Assembly: GCA_041666325.1 (NCBI GenBank)
Contig: JBAYHC010000001.1
Location: 329,708-393,707 of the forward strand
Reading direction: 5' to 3'
Length of the DNA: 64,000 bases
DNA from: Patescibacteria group bacterium
GTDB lineage: Bacteria; Patescibacteriota; UBA1384; XYA2-FULL-43-10; 1-14-0-10-43-13
Shown here piece after piece: positions 19,601 to 26,636 of the stretch; within the stretch, counting starts at the first letter, position 1, and the number at the start of each line of letters is the position of its first letter. The notes under the pieces were generated by a model. That model did not search any database. It saw nothing but the letters and a program-made list of their open reading frames with translations, and was not told the origin of the DNA. A program made the position numbers and the translations under genes.

Positions 19601-20199
19601 CCACCGGTAAATGTTCCGCCCGTCTGACTCCAACCAGAGCTCCCGACCGTTACGGCAATACCAGTATCTTGGATTAACGTACCAGTGCTCTGAATAATCC
19701 CTGCCACATTGGCAGCGGCATCAATATGGACCGTAACGTTTGAATCAATCCGGGCAATTTCAGTATCGTTCGGCACATGCCCAAGCGTCCAGCTAGCAGC
19801 ATTACTCCAATTGTTACCAGCCCCCGTCCAGGAATTATCAGCCGCCATCGCCCTTTGTTGAAATTGGGGGGCGGTACCATAAAATGTCACTGTCACGAAC
19901 AGGACCAACAAAATCGCCGCATGAATCCGAGAGCTCCAAGGGTTCATGTGCCAACGGTAATACCACTGCCAACGCATCCGCAAGTAGCAATGCACCGGAG
20001 CAAGCCAAGGAATGTTGGTTTTAGTTGAGTGCTGAATCCGTAAAATTTTATTGTCAATCGAACGCAGCTCCTTCACGTGGGCCTGTTCAGCCTTAAGTAA
20101 ATTTTTGATATCTCTCTTGTCTTTTGCCAGAACACCAAAATCACCGCTCTTGCTGCGGTTTTTCTTCAAAAATTTCTTTAATCCTCCCAGAACTTTCAA
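4633..20199 (-). CDS. giant 5188-aa surface protein (N-terminal TM/signal, DUF2341-like, LamG x3, beta-helix and autotransporter-associated repeats, Calx-beta array, Fn3 domains)
   Basis: Uninterrupted 15.6-kb ORF with AGGAGG before TTG; WQYRRVITID (DUF2341-like), WYHLA/FDGFIDETR (LamG), KSGAGTLTLSGANTF repeats, YTITDDD/GTATGSGTDY (Calx-beta), LKPNTTYHFR (Fn3). Confidence 0.9.
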   Translation of the reverse strand: MKVLGGLKKFLKKNRSKSGDFGVLAKDKRDIKNLLKAEQAHVKELRSIDNKILRIQHSTKTNIPWLAPVHCYLRMRWQWYYRWHMNPWSSRIHAAILLVLFVTVTFYGTAPQFQQRAMAADNSWTGAGNNWSNAASWTLGHVPNDTEIARIDSNVTVHIDAAANVAGIIQSTGTLIQDTGIAVTVGSSGWSQTGGTFTGGNSAITNSGNFTLSGGVFTSTSGTLSTAGNWSQTDGTFLHNSGTVDFTKTSGIQTLAMGYTPFNNFAHSGAGELQTSTPSWQYRRVITIDHTKFPDVASPSATYANFPVMISASSLSNINALGTDIRFTDSAGTPLAREIESYASGALIAWVKFTPTKDAGDATDDTLYMYYGNSGAVEPTATSAYGKNSVWTSNYLGIYHLADAGPTNAVDSTSVANDGTQGGGVTFGASGKIGAATSYDGTDDIMTLKNYSITTSTIEMWINPDTIVNGDRIISNTDGAAGGFTTQFASSKIQYWNVPAGSWSDWSSTALSAGNWYHLAMVTSGGNSTLYINGAAGNTLSAASSPFGTLGLAAKFRSTYGTTFDGFIDETRVSNTALSAEWITAEYNNQSSPATFATAGVELGSVFNVSGSATVSAGTFNINGRNLTTAGVFTVSSGATFSLTGDETITNGTTTLASGSTVAYVATSGTRAIKNWSYPNLTINGSGGTFNLPADTTVSGNLTLTAGTLDVTASNYSLSVAGNWNNNGGSFTARSGTVTLAGAGGNVTSGAGTFNNLTLNSAPGDVSSGMVGRFNLDETSGNTVRDATLTNANNLTDNNTTPSVAGKVSNAANLASANNEYLRIVDNPSLRTGDIDFTVSGWVNLASKPEAGVIVGKWQHGGDRTQNEWVLEYDGPTSGDRFRFYVSSNGTAVSANASADNLGSPSLSTWYFIVAWHDAANNTINIQVNNGTVNTTSWSSGVFGGTSAFTIGSHEYSGTTYPWNGQIDEISFWRRTLTADEKTVLYNAGNGKAYSSLTSAEKASLVSYWGLDESSAGAGAVTRADSHGGIGVVTGATATTGVIGGGQAFNGSAYISAGNPSALNFNASDSFSINMWANSSNWATNYEMLFDKYLEATLKGYSLGADGTNRTLSFAIGGGSWPGNFLRVTTQSALSNSTWYHIVATYDGSESVSGVKIYVNGVSQTLTTVIDALSAADTTSTAPAQIGARNGSNYGFVGSIDDTRIYNRVLTQSEVSELYHGTYTLQDDLNVDGNLTLTAGTLDVSADNRNINVGGNFANSATFNGRSGTVTFDGASQTISGNTTFNNFATTTQDQTLSFAAASTQTISGTWTVTGADSHPITLQRSGGAGVWNVNPTTANISYATISNSTNLGSAITATNSTDGGGNTGWTIPLPFTLSGTCQKYDRSTNCAEGETVKVAVNGTVDNVNTGTTSSGSFSISGLTAPNSGDVITVFVSGVDDALEANAVTKYDGSGNITGMTLYEDHLTIGSGDNQTIANSDLANYDNSVSAASHNDIFFEVNADNDLSTDATDQTSQDTLLVLANNTYRPDSASSGNVGATHLIINSSGTITADGNSWNIAGNWTNSGSWDAGTSTVTFDGSSNSVIVTGGTGTTQDFNAIVVNKGVSTNYAQLSTNGLDVDSTLTVTVGVLDLNGQNISTTTTMTVANGATLKQTGDETISATPTLSATCTVEYTATSGTRNIRNWTYTNAIVKINGTGGTFTLPGDKTLGGLTVSAGTFDISTRLLTVSGATTLNGGDLTGTIAMDFNGGLTISDAGSALTAASHTLVAGTYEKSAGTTDWTTNSSGFYILPNSDYAIPTDTYYDLYLYNQGMTYRTLSLSSGTTTIRNLTITPQSVPFGEITLAVGAETLTASGNISTSYQNAEKGKITVTSGTINVGGNWSNAGSFTAGTGTVTFTGSSQTISGNTTFNNFTKTNSTNDATDAILAFTAGTTQTVGGLLTLDGLDDDDRVNLVSSSSPTRWNLAANGTFAIDYADVTDSNATGLTPTYTNTNDGGNNVNWGFGITISGTCQKYNRSTNCASDETIAVAVNGEIQTGKTATTNFDTGTFSISGVTTPNSGDTITVFVSGVDDALEANAVTKYDGSGSITGVKLYEDHLTIGSEDNQTVANSDLDSYDNSVSVNEDIFFEVNADNDLSTDATDQTSQDTLLVLANNTYRPDSASSGNVGATHLIINSSGTITADGNNFTIPGNWTNSGTFTADTSTVTISGSGTSTFTGNTSFNSLTCAVAGKQLTFTAGSTQTIGGVLTLTGTYSNMILLRSSSSGSAYTIVKNGTTNIDWVDVKDSTATNAITATDGTNNTGNTNWTFTYENRYRIGAGGNWNNTNYWSKTSGGATGESTPGVNNNAYFDSNSSSSCTLGASASVRNIYSLGGYAGTLTTNSSLYSFTIGGAIEWDAGTLTISSPTTISNSIAIGGTATFNINHAQALGSAAMIINGGTIDNSSGTSITLSTTNAQTWNSSFAFAGTTNLTFGPGSITLANDVTVTTNGSSVRVLAVGNVIGGNYSLAKSGPSRLQLSGANTFGGSGKSITLNAGYLYINNASALGDAANVFIVNGGTIDNTSGSTVTMANNYLMQWNASFSYTGNRSIVFGTGSVTLGTNCTVTSGSSNYPLTVGGAISGSYNIIKAGVGALTLSGANSFVGSLTIDAGTLTLPEANAFTGDVTLNAGTLTLSGANTFLGDVTLNAGTININHATALGNAANTLVINGGTIDNSTAGNITLSNNYPVQINASFAFTGTRSLLFGTGAVTLGANCTFTLNGSTSYALGFSGVVSGNFGIIKESTGGLILGGANDFTGGVTLNAGRLYINHNTAIGTGTLVINGGDLENSSSGTVTLTNNNAQTWNASSFSFNLYHGDQNLNLGSGAVTLGANCSVLSYNSRILTVGGVISGDYKLTQAGPATLEITGSNSYTGGTTVSAGYLIFSNGSLGTTGNITFSNGTLRYASGNTQDISGRIKSSGSAIKIDTNSNNVTFASTIDNSNTAGLTKSGAGVVTLNAANTYLGTTSLDGGALNINNPTAVSSGTLNLNAGGGVIDNTSGAPITLSNNNPIILANSITFTGSNSLNLGTGAVTISGGNRSLDQNGSTLTVGGIIDDGVNSYKISKSGVGTLTLNGANTFDGGFSLYGGTLNLGHASALGTGTFTFVNAGTSFDNTSGAPMTLTNNNAIVFGNTSPTFIGSNDLDLGTGGGTITASSGSGFTVNSHTLTINGVISGAKTFSKAGVGTLTLGGANTFSNGMTVSAGTLNINHAQAIGSGTFTISGGTIDNTSGTSITLANNNVMAWNGDFAFTGTNDLNLGTGVPTLNANRSVTVNGGTLTVGGAMTGGGNARTLTKNGNGTLVVGASPGYMGSWTVSGGTIRAEAALTLNNATQDLAITSGTLDLNGQDLTVNDQFTIGAAGVLKMTGDEAAVSTLDTITEGATIEYHATSGTRDIKNWTYTNATLWINGAGGTFTLPTNLTARGVDIDNGTLTQSSTHSITVGVANFDVSNGNFSGGSGTVDINGNLALAGGTFTSTSGQLQVSGDWTKSSGAFTHNSGTVVFDGTSQTISGSTTFNAFSTTTQDQTLSFNAGDTQTIAGTWTVTGAADHLIALQRSGGSGQWNVLPQGSVNISYANVSNSNNQGTAILPTNSTNGGGNTGWFTTTPTVTTQAATTVLQTTIVANGTTTATGGANATVRGFKYGLTETDTWDSYDSGDFGAEAFTKTITGLTLNTTYYIRAYATNSIGTSYGSYVSFTTSQVPAVQFTLASSSGAESTLSPSIEISIPSQSSENVSVSYAVTGGTATGSGTDYTLASGTATITAGGTTTTLPLSIANDLADEVDEAVIMTISSPTNATLGANTAHTYTITDDDNAPSVTLSLADSPLAENGGVAVATATLSAVSGKSVTVNLAYSGTATNITDYTRSSASIVVAAGELTGTASLTGVDDSLDESDETMIVDIDSITNGTEATPQQVTAYITDDDGTPTIAFSAATASGSEATTSVTLTVNLSNASSQEITAGYTVTGTASGSGTDYTLANGVATIAAEATSTTIPLTIVNDTLDENDETVIVTLSNPANAGLGVNSAITYTITDNDNPAVIQFSSTTSGNAESTTSVNIAVSLDVASGLATSAQYTLSGTATGSGTDYTLAAGTAEIAAGETSVNIPVTIVNDALDEDNETIILTLSNPANSSLGSNTTHTYTITDDDATPSITFDTDAESGAESVTSKSITLSLSAVSGRNITVSYALSGTAAGSGTDYTLANGTATVAAGQASTTLGFAVVDDPTDELDETVVIDISNPTNVALGATTEYTYTIADNDNPPTVGFLAASSSGLETVVAPTITVSLSLASAKEITVAYATSDGTAEAGSDYTAASGTLTFAAGETSKSIALAVTDNGVVEADETLVATLSDPSNATIGANQTHTYTITNDDTNPTGTISINDAAAKSNATTVTLSVTTDKAPQMKVANSESELGSADYETFATTKSWVLAAGADSIRTVYLKLKDQYGNESEVISDTIVLDTTAPALPTGLVAVSGNTSISLSWTNPTDSDFVNIAIFRSTTENFTPDLVANKIASTTTTSEATYVDTTAENNTTYYYAIKALDDADNYSSASTQVSGKPDSDNPTTPGSPTITERVSLLDSKEIVNKKDIAFTWNLSTDDNSGIKAYYLSIGRASGLKDVVDSQEILVSTLTNADMPTAKYQLPTDGIYYARIQAKDNLGNTSSYSSELAMIVDTEKPQMSETMMMFDASDRASGKYAVALVWPLAKEDGSGLLGYAVAKDDQSIVAASKLITEKVTEDKLSGYAYYFDGTTAEESASYSVVAIDRAQNVSGRLEGILADTTVLKTTNQQAGSKTIKLSSSVIGEGKLEITDINAMPSEVSGKKTQAKVTWKTTVPSTSQVEYGQGSDYTNKTVLDSGLNSTHTVILSDLVPNTTYHYRIITKDKHGNEVVSPDQSLATKQVIKDKGVLEIILQNITDAFSGIANAIKNLLSYSAGTANASNGESILSVINISTPDRPANAIYWEGDGTKKLERKEEDGDFVAIVETENNFYIDFQIKSGRRYSYRLGDEVREASEGTSGTPVIQDIKIEQGMTSQSESSVIVSFKTDTLSKAKVNYGESASYGQEIGAGDDLNQSHTLLIERLKPNTTYHFRLSASSQDASSESDDQVFATERPPVDESVLEVILHALQQAFSGFEDWINN
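13658..13758. repeat. 101-bp identical internal repeat, copy A (partner 15554-15654)
   Basis: Exact match, offset 1896 bp, inside a duplicated TCQKY.RSTNC module of the giant gene. Confidence 0.85.
15554..15654. repeat. 101-bp identical internal repeat, copy B
   Basis: Identical to 13658-13758. Confidence 0.85.
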
Positions 20200-20232
20200 T
20201 TCCCTCCTGTGCTGTCGCGAATTGAATTCAAC

Positions 20233-20247
20233 ATTATAATTATACCA
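20233..20247 (-). promoter_or_regulatory. extended -10 promoter for the giant gene
   Basis: TGGTATAATTATAAT on the minus strand, ~35-45 bp upstream of the start. Confidence 0.6.
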
Positions 20248-20400
20248 ACCATGCGCCTAATATGGAAGAGGTTTACTGCAAAAACGGATGATTGAGTTGG
20301 CCAGAAAAAGAATATGGTGCCAAAGTAATAATTATCAACATGTTGCACGTAACACCGGATACAGCCATGGCTCCATCGGCCCCAGATATAGGGAGTGATA

Positions 20401-21231
20401 CTAGAGAGACCGAAGGATTTCTAGGTTGGGGGCATCCCCTTTTCCCTTAAGACTTGGTGTCTCGATGATTCCGAAAAGATCACGGAGTTTAGGATGAGAA
20501 ACAATACGGCCAAACGCCTCAAGTCCCATCTCGCCCATCCCGATGTCGGCATGACGGTCTCTTTTTGAGTTGAAAGGGGTAGCAGAGTCGTTAATATGAA
20601 GTCCGACCAATCTTTCGATTCCGATAAGCTTGTCTATCTTGTCAACAAATTCATCAAGCCCATTCTTCGTGTGTAGTGCGTAACCAGACTCAAAGGCGTG
20701 AGCCGTATCAATTAGAATTTTGAGGCGGGGCGATCTCACGCTCTTTATGATTTCACCTATTTCTTCTATTTCATCGCCAATAACGTTTCCAGAACCTGCT
20801 GAATTTTCGATTATCAAATCCGGACCATCTGGTACAGCATCCAAAATATTCCTAATCGCCCCGGCAACATTTTCCGCTACATCTTCAAACGTTTTATCAT
20901 TTGAAGAGCCGAGATGAGTATTGACCCCAAGCAAGCCAAGACGTTTGCCCTTCTCTAGCTCATCTATGAGCGACTTTTGTGATGCTTCATAATAGAATGG
21001 ATTATTGCCAGACAAGCTAATAAGATAGATGGAGTGAGAAATAATCGGCGAAACTTTCGCCTTCTGGTTCATCTCAACAAACCGCTCCATCTCTTCATCG
21101 GGAATTATGACTGGATTCCAGCGCTGCGGCGCGTTCAAGAAAATCTGCATACACTCGCAACCGATGTCACTCGCTCGTTTGATGGCCTCTGAAAATGGCC
21201 GGGCTGCTGAGACATGAGCTCCGAATTTCAT
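20401..21231 (-). CDS. nfo: endonuclease IV
   Basis: GAHVS, MQIF, HSIYLISL, ENSAG, DTAHAFESG, HINDS, DRHADIG, IIETP. Confidence 0.93.
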   Translation of the reverse strand: MKFGAHVSAARPFSEAIKRASDIGCECMQIFLNAPQRWNPVIIPDEEMERFVEMNQKAKVSPIISHSIYLISLSGNNPFYYEASQKSLIDELEKGKRLGLLGVNTHLGSSNDKTFEDVAENVAGAIRNILDAVPDGPDLIIENSAGSGNVIGDEIEEIGEIIKSVRSPRLKILIDTAHAFESGYALHTKNGLDEFVDKIDKLIGIERLVGLHINDSATPFNSKRDRHADIGMGEMGLEAFGRIVSHPKLRDLFGIIETPSLKGKGDAPNLEILRSL

Positions 21232-21644
21232 TTTATATCCCTTAGGCTGTTATTCAAGATTATTGGTTTCATCGTAATTATTTCGGCCTTGTAAAACTCG
21301 ATCTCGGGCACAGGATTAAGTAGGTAAATTTTCTGGTTGAGCACATGCGCAAAACCCATCTCTAAAAACGTGTTGCCACCAATATAGTTATCAATGCCCT
21401 TTTTTTCGTAGTTGGCAACCAGAACAGCATCAGCACCCTGCATCAGATCCCAGAACTCCTTGATAACGCAATCAATGTTTGTTTCTTGATCTAATTTGAT
21501 CCTCTCTTTTTCTTTCTCGTCCTTTCCAACAAATGGATCGATCAGACCGGTGACAAATGCTTCGTGGCCCATTTCGATCAAACGGTTTTTTAGCGCCAAT
21601 ATCTTTTCCGCGTGATTCATGCTACCAACTACACCGATTCTCAT
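21228..21644 (-). CDS. hypothetical protein, nucleoside 2-deoxyribosyltransferase-like fold
   Basis: ADAVLVAN...GGNTFLEMGFA...KIYLL pattern; coupled to both neighbours by 4-bp overlaps. Confidence 0.6.
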   Translation of the reverse strand: MRIGVVGSMNHAEKILALKNRLIEMGHEAFVTGLIDPFVGKDEKEKERIKLDQETNIDCVIKEFWDLMQGADAVLVANYEKKGIDNYIGGNTFLEMGFAHVLNQKIYLLNPVPEIEFYKAEIITMKPIILNNSLRDIK

Positions 21645-22357
21645 TTAAGTCTCCCGAATTCTATCTTCAAATTTTCAACATTCATTATAGCATAGTGGTC
21701 CAAGACTGCTCCGCCCAACTTCACAATCTTGGTTCCCCCGACATAAGCTATACCGGCTCTGCTATGAAGATGGCCGCAAATATGGGCGAGGGGAGAGTGC
21801 GCCAAGCGCGAAGTGCCCGAAAAACCGAAAGCGCCAAAACCCAAAGCCGATGATTGTTTTTCTGGATCTTTAGGTTTTGGGATTTGGGTTTTGGGTTTTT
21901 CCGCTGAAAGCGGAGCAGGGGAGAGAGAGTCGGCTGAAAAATATTTGAGCCTACCTGGCGGTGGATAATGCCACAAAAGGATTGATCCACCAATTGAATC
22001 CGGTTGAATCTCGCCCAGCGGATCACTCTCACCCTCCCACCTGATAGGCGAGCCGCCAATACCGACAAAACGATGTTTGGCCACTTTTCTCTCTCTCCCA
22101 TCAAGGCATGGATATATCTCATTCAAGATGTCAAAACCATCACCAAAATCATTGTTGCCGGAAACCCAGACAAAATCTTTATCAACCTTCTTCAAAAATT
22201 TTATTAGCTCAAGAACAAAAGAAACCGGACGTCCAGAGTTCAGGAAGTCACCCACAAAGACGAGGAGACCAATGTCTTGCCTCTCCAACAAGAAGAGCTC
22301 GATCTTCTTGAGCATGGTCAGCGACCCATGAAGGTCAGAAAAAAGAAAGGCGTTCAT
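21641..22357 (-). CDS. calcineurin-like metallophosphoesterase with in-frame hairpin insertion
   Basis: SDLHG, VGDF, GNND, HYPP, CGHLH; likely start MNAF at 22357. Confidence 0.8.
   Translation of the reverse strand: MNAFLFSDLHGSLTMLKKIELFLLERQDIGLLVFVGDFLNSGRPVSFVLELIKFLKKVDKDFVWVSGNNDFGDGFDILNEIYPCLDGRERKVAKHRFVGIGGSPIRWEGESDPLGEIQPDSIGGSILLWHYPPPGRLKYFSADSLSPAPLSAEKPKTQIPKPKDPEKQSSALGFGAFGFSGTSRLAHSPLAHICGHLHSRAGIAYVGGTKIVKLGGAVLDHYAIMNVENLKIEFGRLK
21818..21902. repeat. heptamer-periodic palindrome inserted in frame in the phosphoesterase
   Basis: GAAAAACCGAAAGCGCCAAAACCCAAAG arm and CTTTAGGTTTTGGGATTTGGGTTTTGGGTTTTTC arm; encodes EKPKTQIPKPK...LGFGAFGFS. Confidence 0.75.
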
Positions 22358-22367
22358 GCCAGGTTCC

Positions 22368-23033
22368 TCATGATTGTTGCAATTTATGTCCCTGAATTTC
22401 CATGTAACCATCGAAGAGACGGATGCTGTCCACTACAATGTCACTTCCTACGAGTGGTAAATATTCCTTGGTATTCTTCTCTATTGTCGGCCTGAGAGCA
22501 TCAATTATTTTCGGAGGCGCAGCTATATTTCCAGCCTTGATTTCCGCAATCTCAAAATTCATCCTGCCGTCAACCACGGTTGGTCTTATGCCCACATACA
22601 GTTTGAGAGAAAAAATACTCTCACTTGACCTGCCACTGATAACAATCGACTCTTGATTAACTTTGAGACTTGCCCGCTTCAGGGGAAATGATGGTTCATC
22701 AATCTGAAACACTCGTCCCAAAGCGGCCTCATTGACCGTAATCATAATAATATTTGAATCGAGTTGCTTGGTCTCGATATCACTATTCGGCTTTTGTCCG
22801 ATTACAGAAATTGCCCGATCAAACCAGGCGCCGCTCTTCCGACTCGGGGTCGTACTCCTCGACCGAACATAGTTACCCACAAAAAGAAGGCAACCGACAA
22901 GGAGAATGAAAACGAAGCCGAGAATTAGTGCAAGAGAAAACAGAGAACAAGAACTTCTTAACCTCAGCTTGTCAATTTCACCATAAAAATTTTCTTTAGC
23001 GAAAGAAGTGCTTTGATTGTTGCGCTTTGGCAT
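22368..23033 (-). CDS. membrane-anchored hypothetical protein
   Basis: N-terminal TM followed by a beta-rich domain; co-oriented in the run. Confidence 0.7.
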   Translation of the reverse strand: MPKRNNQSTSFAKENFYGEIDKLRLRSSCSLFSLALILGFVFILLVGCLLFVGNYVRSRSTTPSRKSGAWFDRAISVIGQKPNSDIETKQLDSNIIMITVNEAALGRVFQIDEPSFPLKRASLKVNQESIVISGRSSESIFSLKLYVGIRPTVVDGRMNFEIAEIKAGNIAAPPKIIDALRPTIEKNTKEYLPLVGSDIVVDSIRLFDGYMEIQGHKLQQS

Positions 23034-23042
23034 GAGGCTCCC

Positions 23043-24668
23043 TTAGTCCTCGATACTTCCCGAAACGGTACTTATTTGCTCCCCCGCAATAGATTTTACA
23101 TCAGAGTTATTGATTCTGCGAGCAAAAACCCACTTCAGCTCCTCACTCCCCGCCAAGTAGGAAAGCAAGCAGTAAATGACGAGCCCAGAAACGACTGCTA
23201 CTACTGTTTGGACCAAGACTCCGATAAAATGACTCATATCGACATAATTAACAGCAACGTGCATCGCCGACCAGACACCGACACCCATAATCAAAGAATT
23301 GATTACTATCTTCTCAAGAGAGCTTACCAACGAGACTAAATTAAGATCGGGATAGCGCCGCTGCAAAGCCGCAAAAAGAATGCCGAGGTGAATGAAACTA
23401 CCAACAGAAAACGCTAAGGCCAGGCCGGATACCGAAAAATATTTTGTTAGCGGATAGGCGAGAATCACGCTCGAGATAACCATGGCCAGAGAAGCATACA
23501 TAGGTATCTTGGTATTCTTCAGAGCAAAAAAGGCCCGGGCAAATAACGGAATCAATCCCTGTGCCAAAAGAGAAATTGAGAAAAATCCAAGAGTCAGAGC
23601 CGTCATCTTCGTGTCATCCCAGCCAATTTTATCACTACCAAGAATCAGGCGAACGATCTGAGCCCTCAGCAAAACCAGAATAATCGATGATGGAATAAGC
23701 AGAAAAGCAATCGACTTCATGGCACGTAACAAATAGGTGGCAAACCCCTTGTTATCATTCTCAGATATCTTTATCGCCAAGGTTGGGAATACAGCAGCTG
23801 CAAAGGAATTACCCAAAACCACTACCGGGACGGTCTGAATATTATTTGAATAATTGAAAGCTGAGATGGCACCAACAGCTAACGTGGACGCAACGGCCGT
23901 AAAGACAGTGAGAAGCATTTGGCTGGCACCAAGGCTGATGCTCCTTGGAACCATCAGCCTTAAAATTTTTCTTATATTCTTATCGCGAAAATTAGCAACC
24001 ACGGAGTACTTAAAACCAAGATGAAACAGGGCCGGGATCTGTATTAGCGCATGAAGCGCAGCACCAGCCACGACACAATAAACCACGCCAACAACCCCAA
24101 AGCGCGGAGCCGCCCAGAGTGCCCCGAATATAATCGAAGCGTTGTACAACAATGGCGCTAACGAGTAAGCCAAAAAACGCCTTGACGTATTTAATATTCC
24201 GCCAATAACATATGATGCTGAGAAAAATATCGGGGTCATCATGAGCAGGCGAGAGAGCTTAACGGTTTCCGCAATCTTCTCGAGTGAAAAATTTGGAACG
24301 ATCAAGGGAACAAGAATCGGCATCAAAAAGAAAAAGACTACAGCAACAACAAGCATCGCAGAGGAAGCAATATTGATCATCGAGCTCGCCATCTGATATC
24401 CATCGTCAAGTTTTTTCTTGGCAACAAAATCGGCAAATATTGGTATAAAAGCCGAAGTGATAGCACCTAGAATCAGAAAATTAAAAACTGTATCCGGGAT
24501 GCGAAATGCAGCAAAATAGACATCTGATTCAGCGTAGGAAATATTTCGGGTCAAAAAAAAGTCGCGGAAAAGACCCAAAACATTACTTAAGGCTAACGTG
24601 ACGATTAGCAATAAACTTGCCCCACGAACAGATGTCTCCTGTCCGAAAAGCTTAAACATTCGCTTCAT
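23043..24668 (-). CDS. murJ: lipid II flippase MurJ (MviN)
   Basis: SNVLGLFRD, AFRIPD, GAITSAFIP, FARAFFALKNTKIP; many TM helices. Confidence 0.93.
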   Translation of the reverse strand: MKRMFKLFGQETSVRGASLLLIVTLALSNVLGLFRDFFLTRNISYAESDVYFAAFRIPDTVFNFLILGAITSAFIPIFADFVAKKKLDDGYQMASSMINIASSAMLVVAVVFFFLMPILVPLIVPNFSLEKIAETVKLSRLLMMTPIFFSASYVIGGILNTSRRFLAYSLAPLLYNASIIFGALWAAPRFGVVGVVYCVVAGAALHALIQIPALFHLGFKYSVVANFRDKNIRKILRLMVPRSISLGASQMLLTVFTAVASTLAVGAISAFNYSNNIQTVPVVVLGNSFAAAVFPTLAIKISENDNKGFATYLLRAMKSIAFLLIPSSIILVLLRAQIVRLILGSDKIGWDDTKMTALTLGFFSISLLAQGLIPLFARAFFALKNTKIPMYASLAMVISSVILAYPLTKYFSVSGLALAFSVGSFIHLGILFAALQRRYPDLNLVSLVSSLEKIVINSLIMGVGVWSAMHVAVNYVDMSHFIGVLVQTVVAVVSGLVIYCLLSYLAGSEELKWVFARRINNSDVKSIAGEQISTVSGSIED

Positions 24669-24671
24669 AAT

Positions 24672-26492
24672 TTAGGCGGCTTTCGTTTTTTGTTTTTGGC
24701 TTGGCGAAAAGAACTTAGTAAATTCTTCTGCATCAATTACTTCTTGGGCCAGCAAAGTATCAGCGATTTTTTGCATCGCATCCTTGTGAGCTCCGATAAC
24801 TTCATGGGCCTTCTTTTTGGCTTTGATGATAATACTAGAGACTTCTTCGTCGATTATGCTAGCAATCTTGTCGCTATAGTTGCGGTGCTCGGTATAATCT
24901 TTACCCAAAAACGGCATTTCTTCGTGGTGGCCATATGTTTGAGGACCCAAACGCTCACTCATACCATACTCCGTCACCATCTTTCGCGCCATGTCTGTAG
25001 CGCGCTTTAGATCGTTCTGTGCACCAGTTGTAACCTTCTCGCTACCGAAAAATTCTTCCTCCGCTGCTCGCCCACCCATAAGTGAAGCAATCTCATCCTG
25101 AAAACGAGCACGACTCTGGAGACGTCGATCCTCAGATGGCATATTCCAAGTATATCCCAATGCCATACCGCGAGAAATAATCGATATCTTCTGGACAGGA
25201 TCAGAGTTAGGTAAAACATGACTGACAACAGCATGACCGGCTTCGTGGTAAGCAGTGATCTTTCGCTCTTCGTCCGAGAGCATTCTTGATCGTCGCTCTG
25301 GTCCCATCATTACCTTTTCGATTGAACCACTCAATTCCTTCTGGCTGATTGTCTTCTTGCCCTCACGTGCAGCCAAAATTGCGGCTTCATTCATAAGATT
25401 GCGCAGGTCTGCCCCAGAGAAACCAGGAGTAGATGCAGCGATTTTTGTCAGGTCAACCCCAGATTCTATTGGCTTGTTCTTGGCGTGAACTTTTAGGATT
25501 GAAACACGCTCATTTCTGTCTGGAAGATCGATTACAACCTGACGGTCAAATCGACCAGGACGAAGTAGAGCTGGATCGAGAACGTCAGGGCGGTTTGTTG
25601 CAGCAACAACGATAACATTGTCATTAACGTCGAAACCGTCCATTTCAACCAATATTTGATTTAGAGTCTGCTCACGTTCATCGTGAGAACCACCGAGCCC
25701 AGCGCCGCGCTGGCGACCAATTGCGTCAAGCTCATCAATAAAGATGATGGCTGGAGCATTTCGTTTCGCCTTCAGGAAAAGATCGCGAACACGCGATGCA
25801 CCAACCCCGACAAACATCTCCACAAACTCGGAAGCCGAAATGGAAAAGAACGGCACTCCTGCTTCTCCTGCCACTGCCCGTGCCAGCAAGGTCTTGCCTG
25901 TTCCTGGGGGCCCCACAAGCAAAACTCCGCGAGGGATCTCTGCTCCCAAATCACGAAACTTCTTTGGGCTCTTCAGGAAATCAACAACCTCGATTAACTC
26001 TTGCTTTGGTTCGATCAATCCGGCAACCTCCTTAAATGTAACACGATTGTTACCCATAAAAAGTCTGGCTGTCGATTTGCCGAAACCGAATGCACGATTG
26101 TTGGCCCCTTGGGCTGAGCGCATCATGAACCAAATAAAACCACCGATCAAAAGAACTGGTAAAACCAAGGACAATATGGACATCCACGCTTCGGAACCAG
26201 AGGTATCCTGTACGTCTATCTTGGTTTTATCAGGTGTAATACCGTACTGGGTTAGGCTTATGCCAGCTTCTTTTGTCGATTGAACCTTTGTCCCGTCTTT
26301 TTGTATTGCCACAATCTGATTGTCTCGAACTGTTACTTCCTGGATATTACCATCTGCAACACCGCGCGATATCTCCGAAAGCGGCACCTGTTTCACGTCG
26401 CTCTGCCGCATAGAAATAACGCCACTGATAAACGAAATTGCGAGCATTAATATAATAGAATATATTATTGTCTTCGTAAGATTTATCTTCAT
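24672..26492 (-). CDS. ftsH: ATP-dependent zinc metalloprotease FtsH
   Basis: Two TMs, [40 protein letters not shown]; likely start MKINL after GGAG. Confidence 0.97.
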   Translation of the reverse strand: MKINLTKTIIYSIILMLAISFISGVISMRQSDVKQVPLSEISRGVADGNIQEVTVRDNQIVAIQKDGTKVQSTKEAGISLTQYGITPDKTKIDVQDTSGSEAWMSILSLVLPVLLIGGFIWFMMRSAQGANNRAFGFGKSTARLFMGNNRVTFKEVAGLIEPKQELIEVVDFLKSPKKFRDLGAEIPRGVLLVGPPGTGKTLLARAVAGEAGVPFFSISASEFVEMFVGVGASRVRDLFLKAKRNAPAIIFIDELDAIGRQRGAGLGGSHDEREQTLNQILVEMDGFDVNDNVIVVAATNRPDVLDPALLRPGRFDRQVVIDLPDRNERVSILKVHAKNKPIESGVDLTKIAASTPGFSGADLRNLMNEAAILAAREGKKTISQKELSGSIEKVMMGPERRSRMLSDEERKITAYHEAGHAVVSHVLPNSDPVQKISIISRGMALGYTWNMPSEDRRLQSRARFQDEIASLMGGRAAEEEFFGSEKVTTGAQNDLKRATDMARKMVTEYGMSERLGPQTYGHHEEMPFLGKDYTEHRNYSDKIASIIDEEVSSIIIKAKKKAHEVIGAHKDAMQKIADTLLAQEVIDAEEFTKFFSPSQKQKTKAA

Positions 26493-26636
26493 AAGTCTCC
26501 AATAAAAAAATGCATAGCTACTAATTATACCAGTAGCGAACAAGCGAATCTACCAGTGAAGTACTTCGGTCAATTCGCCATTTCCGACTCCACTTTTGGG
26601 TTCGGAATACCAGCACTCCCGTGATTTTGGTGAGAG

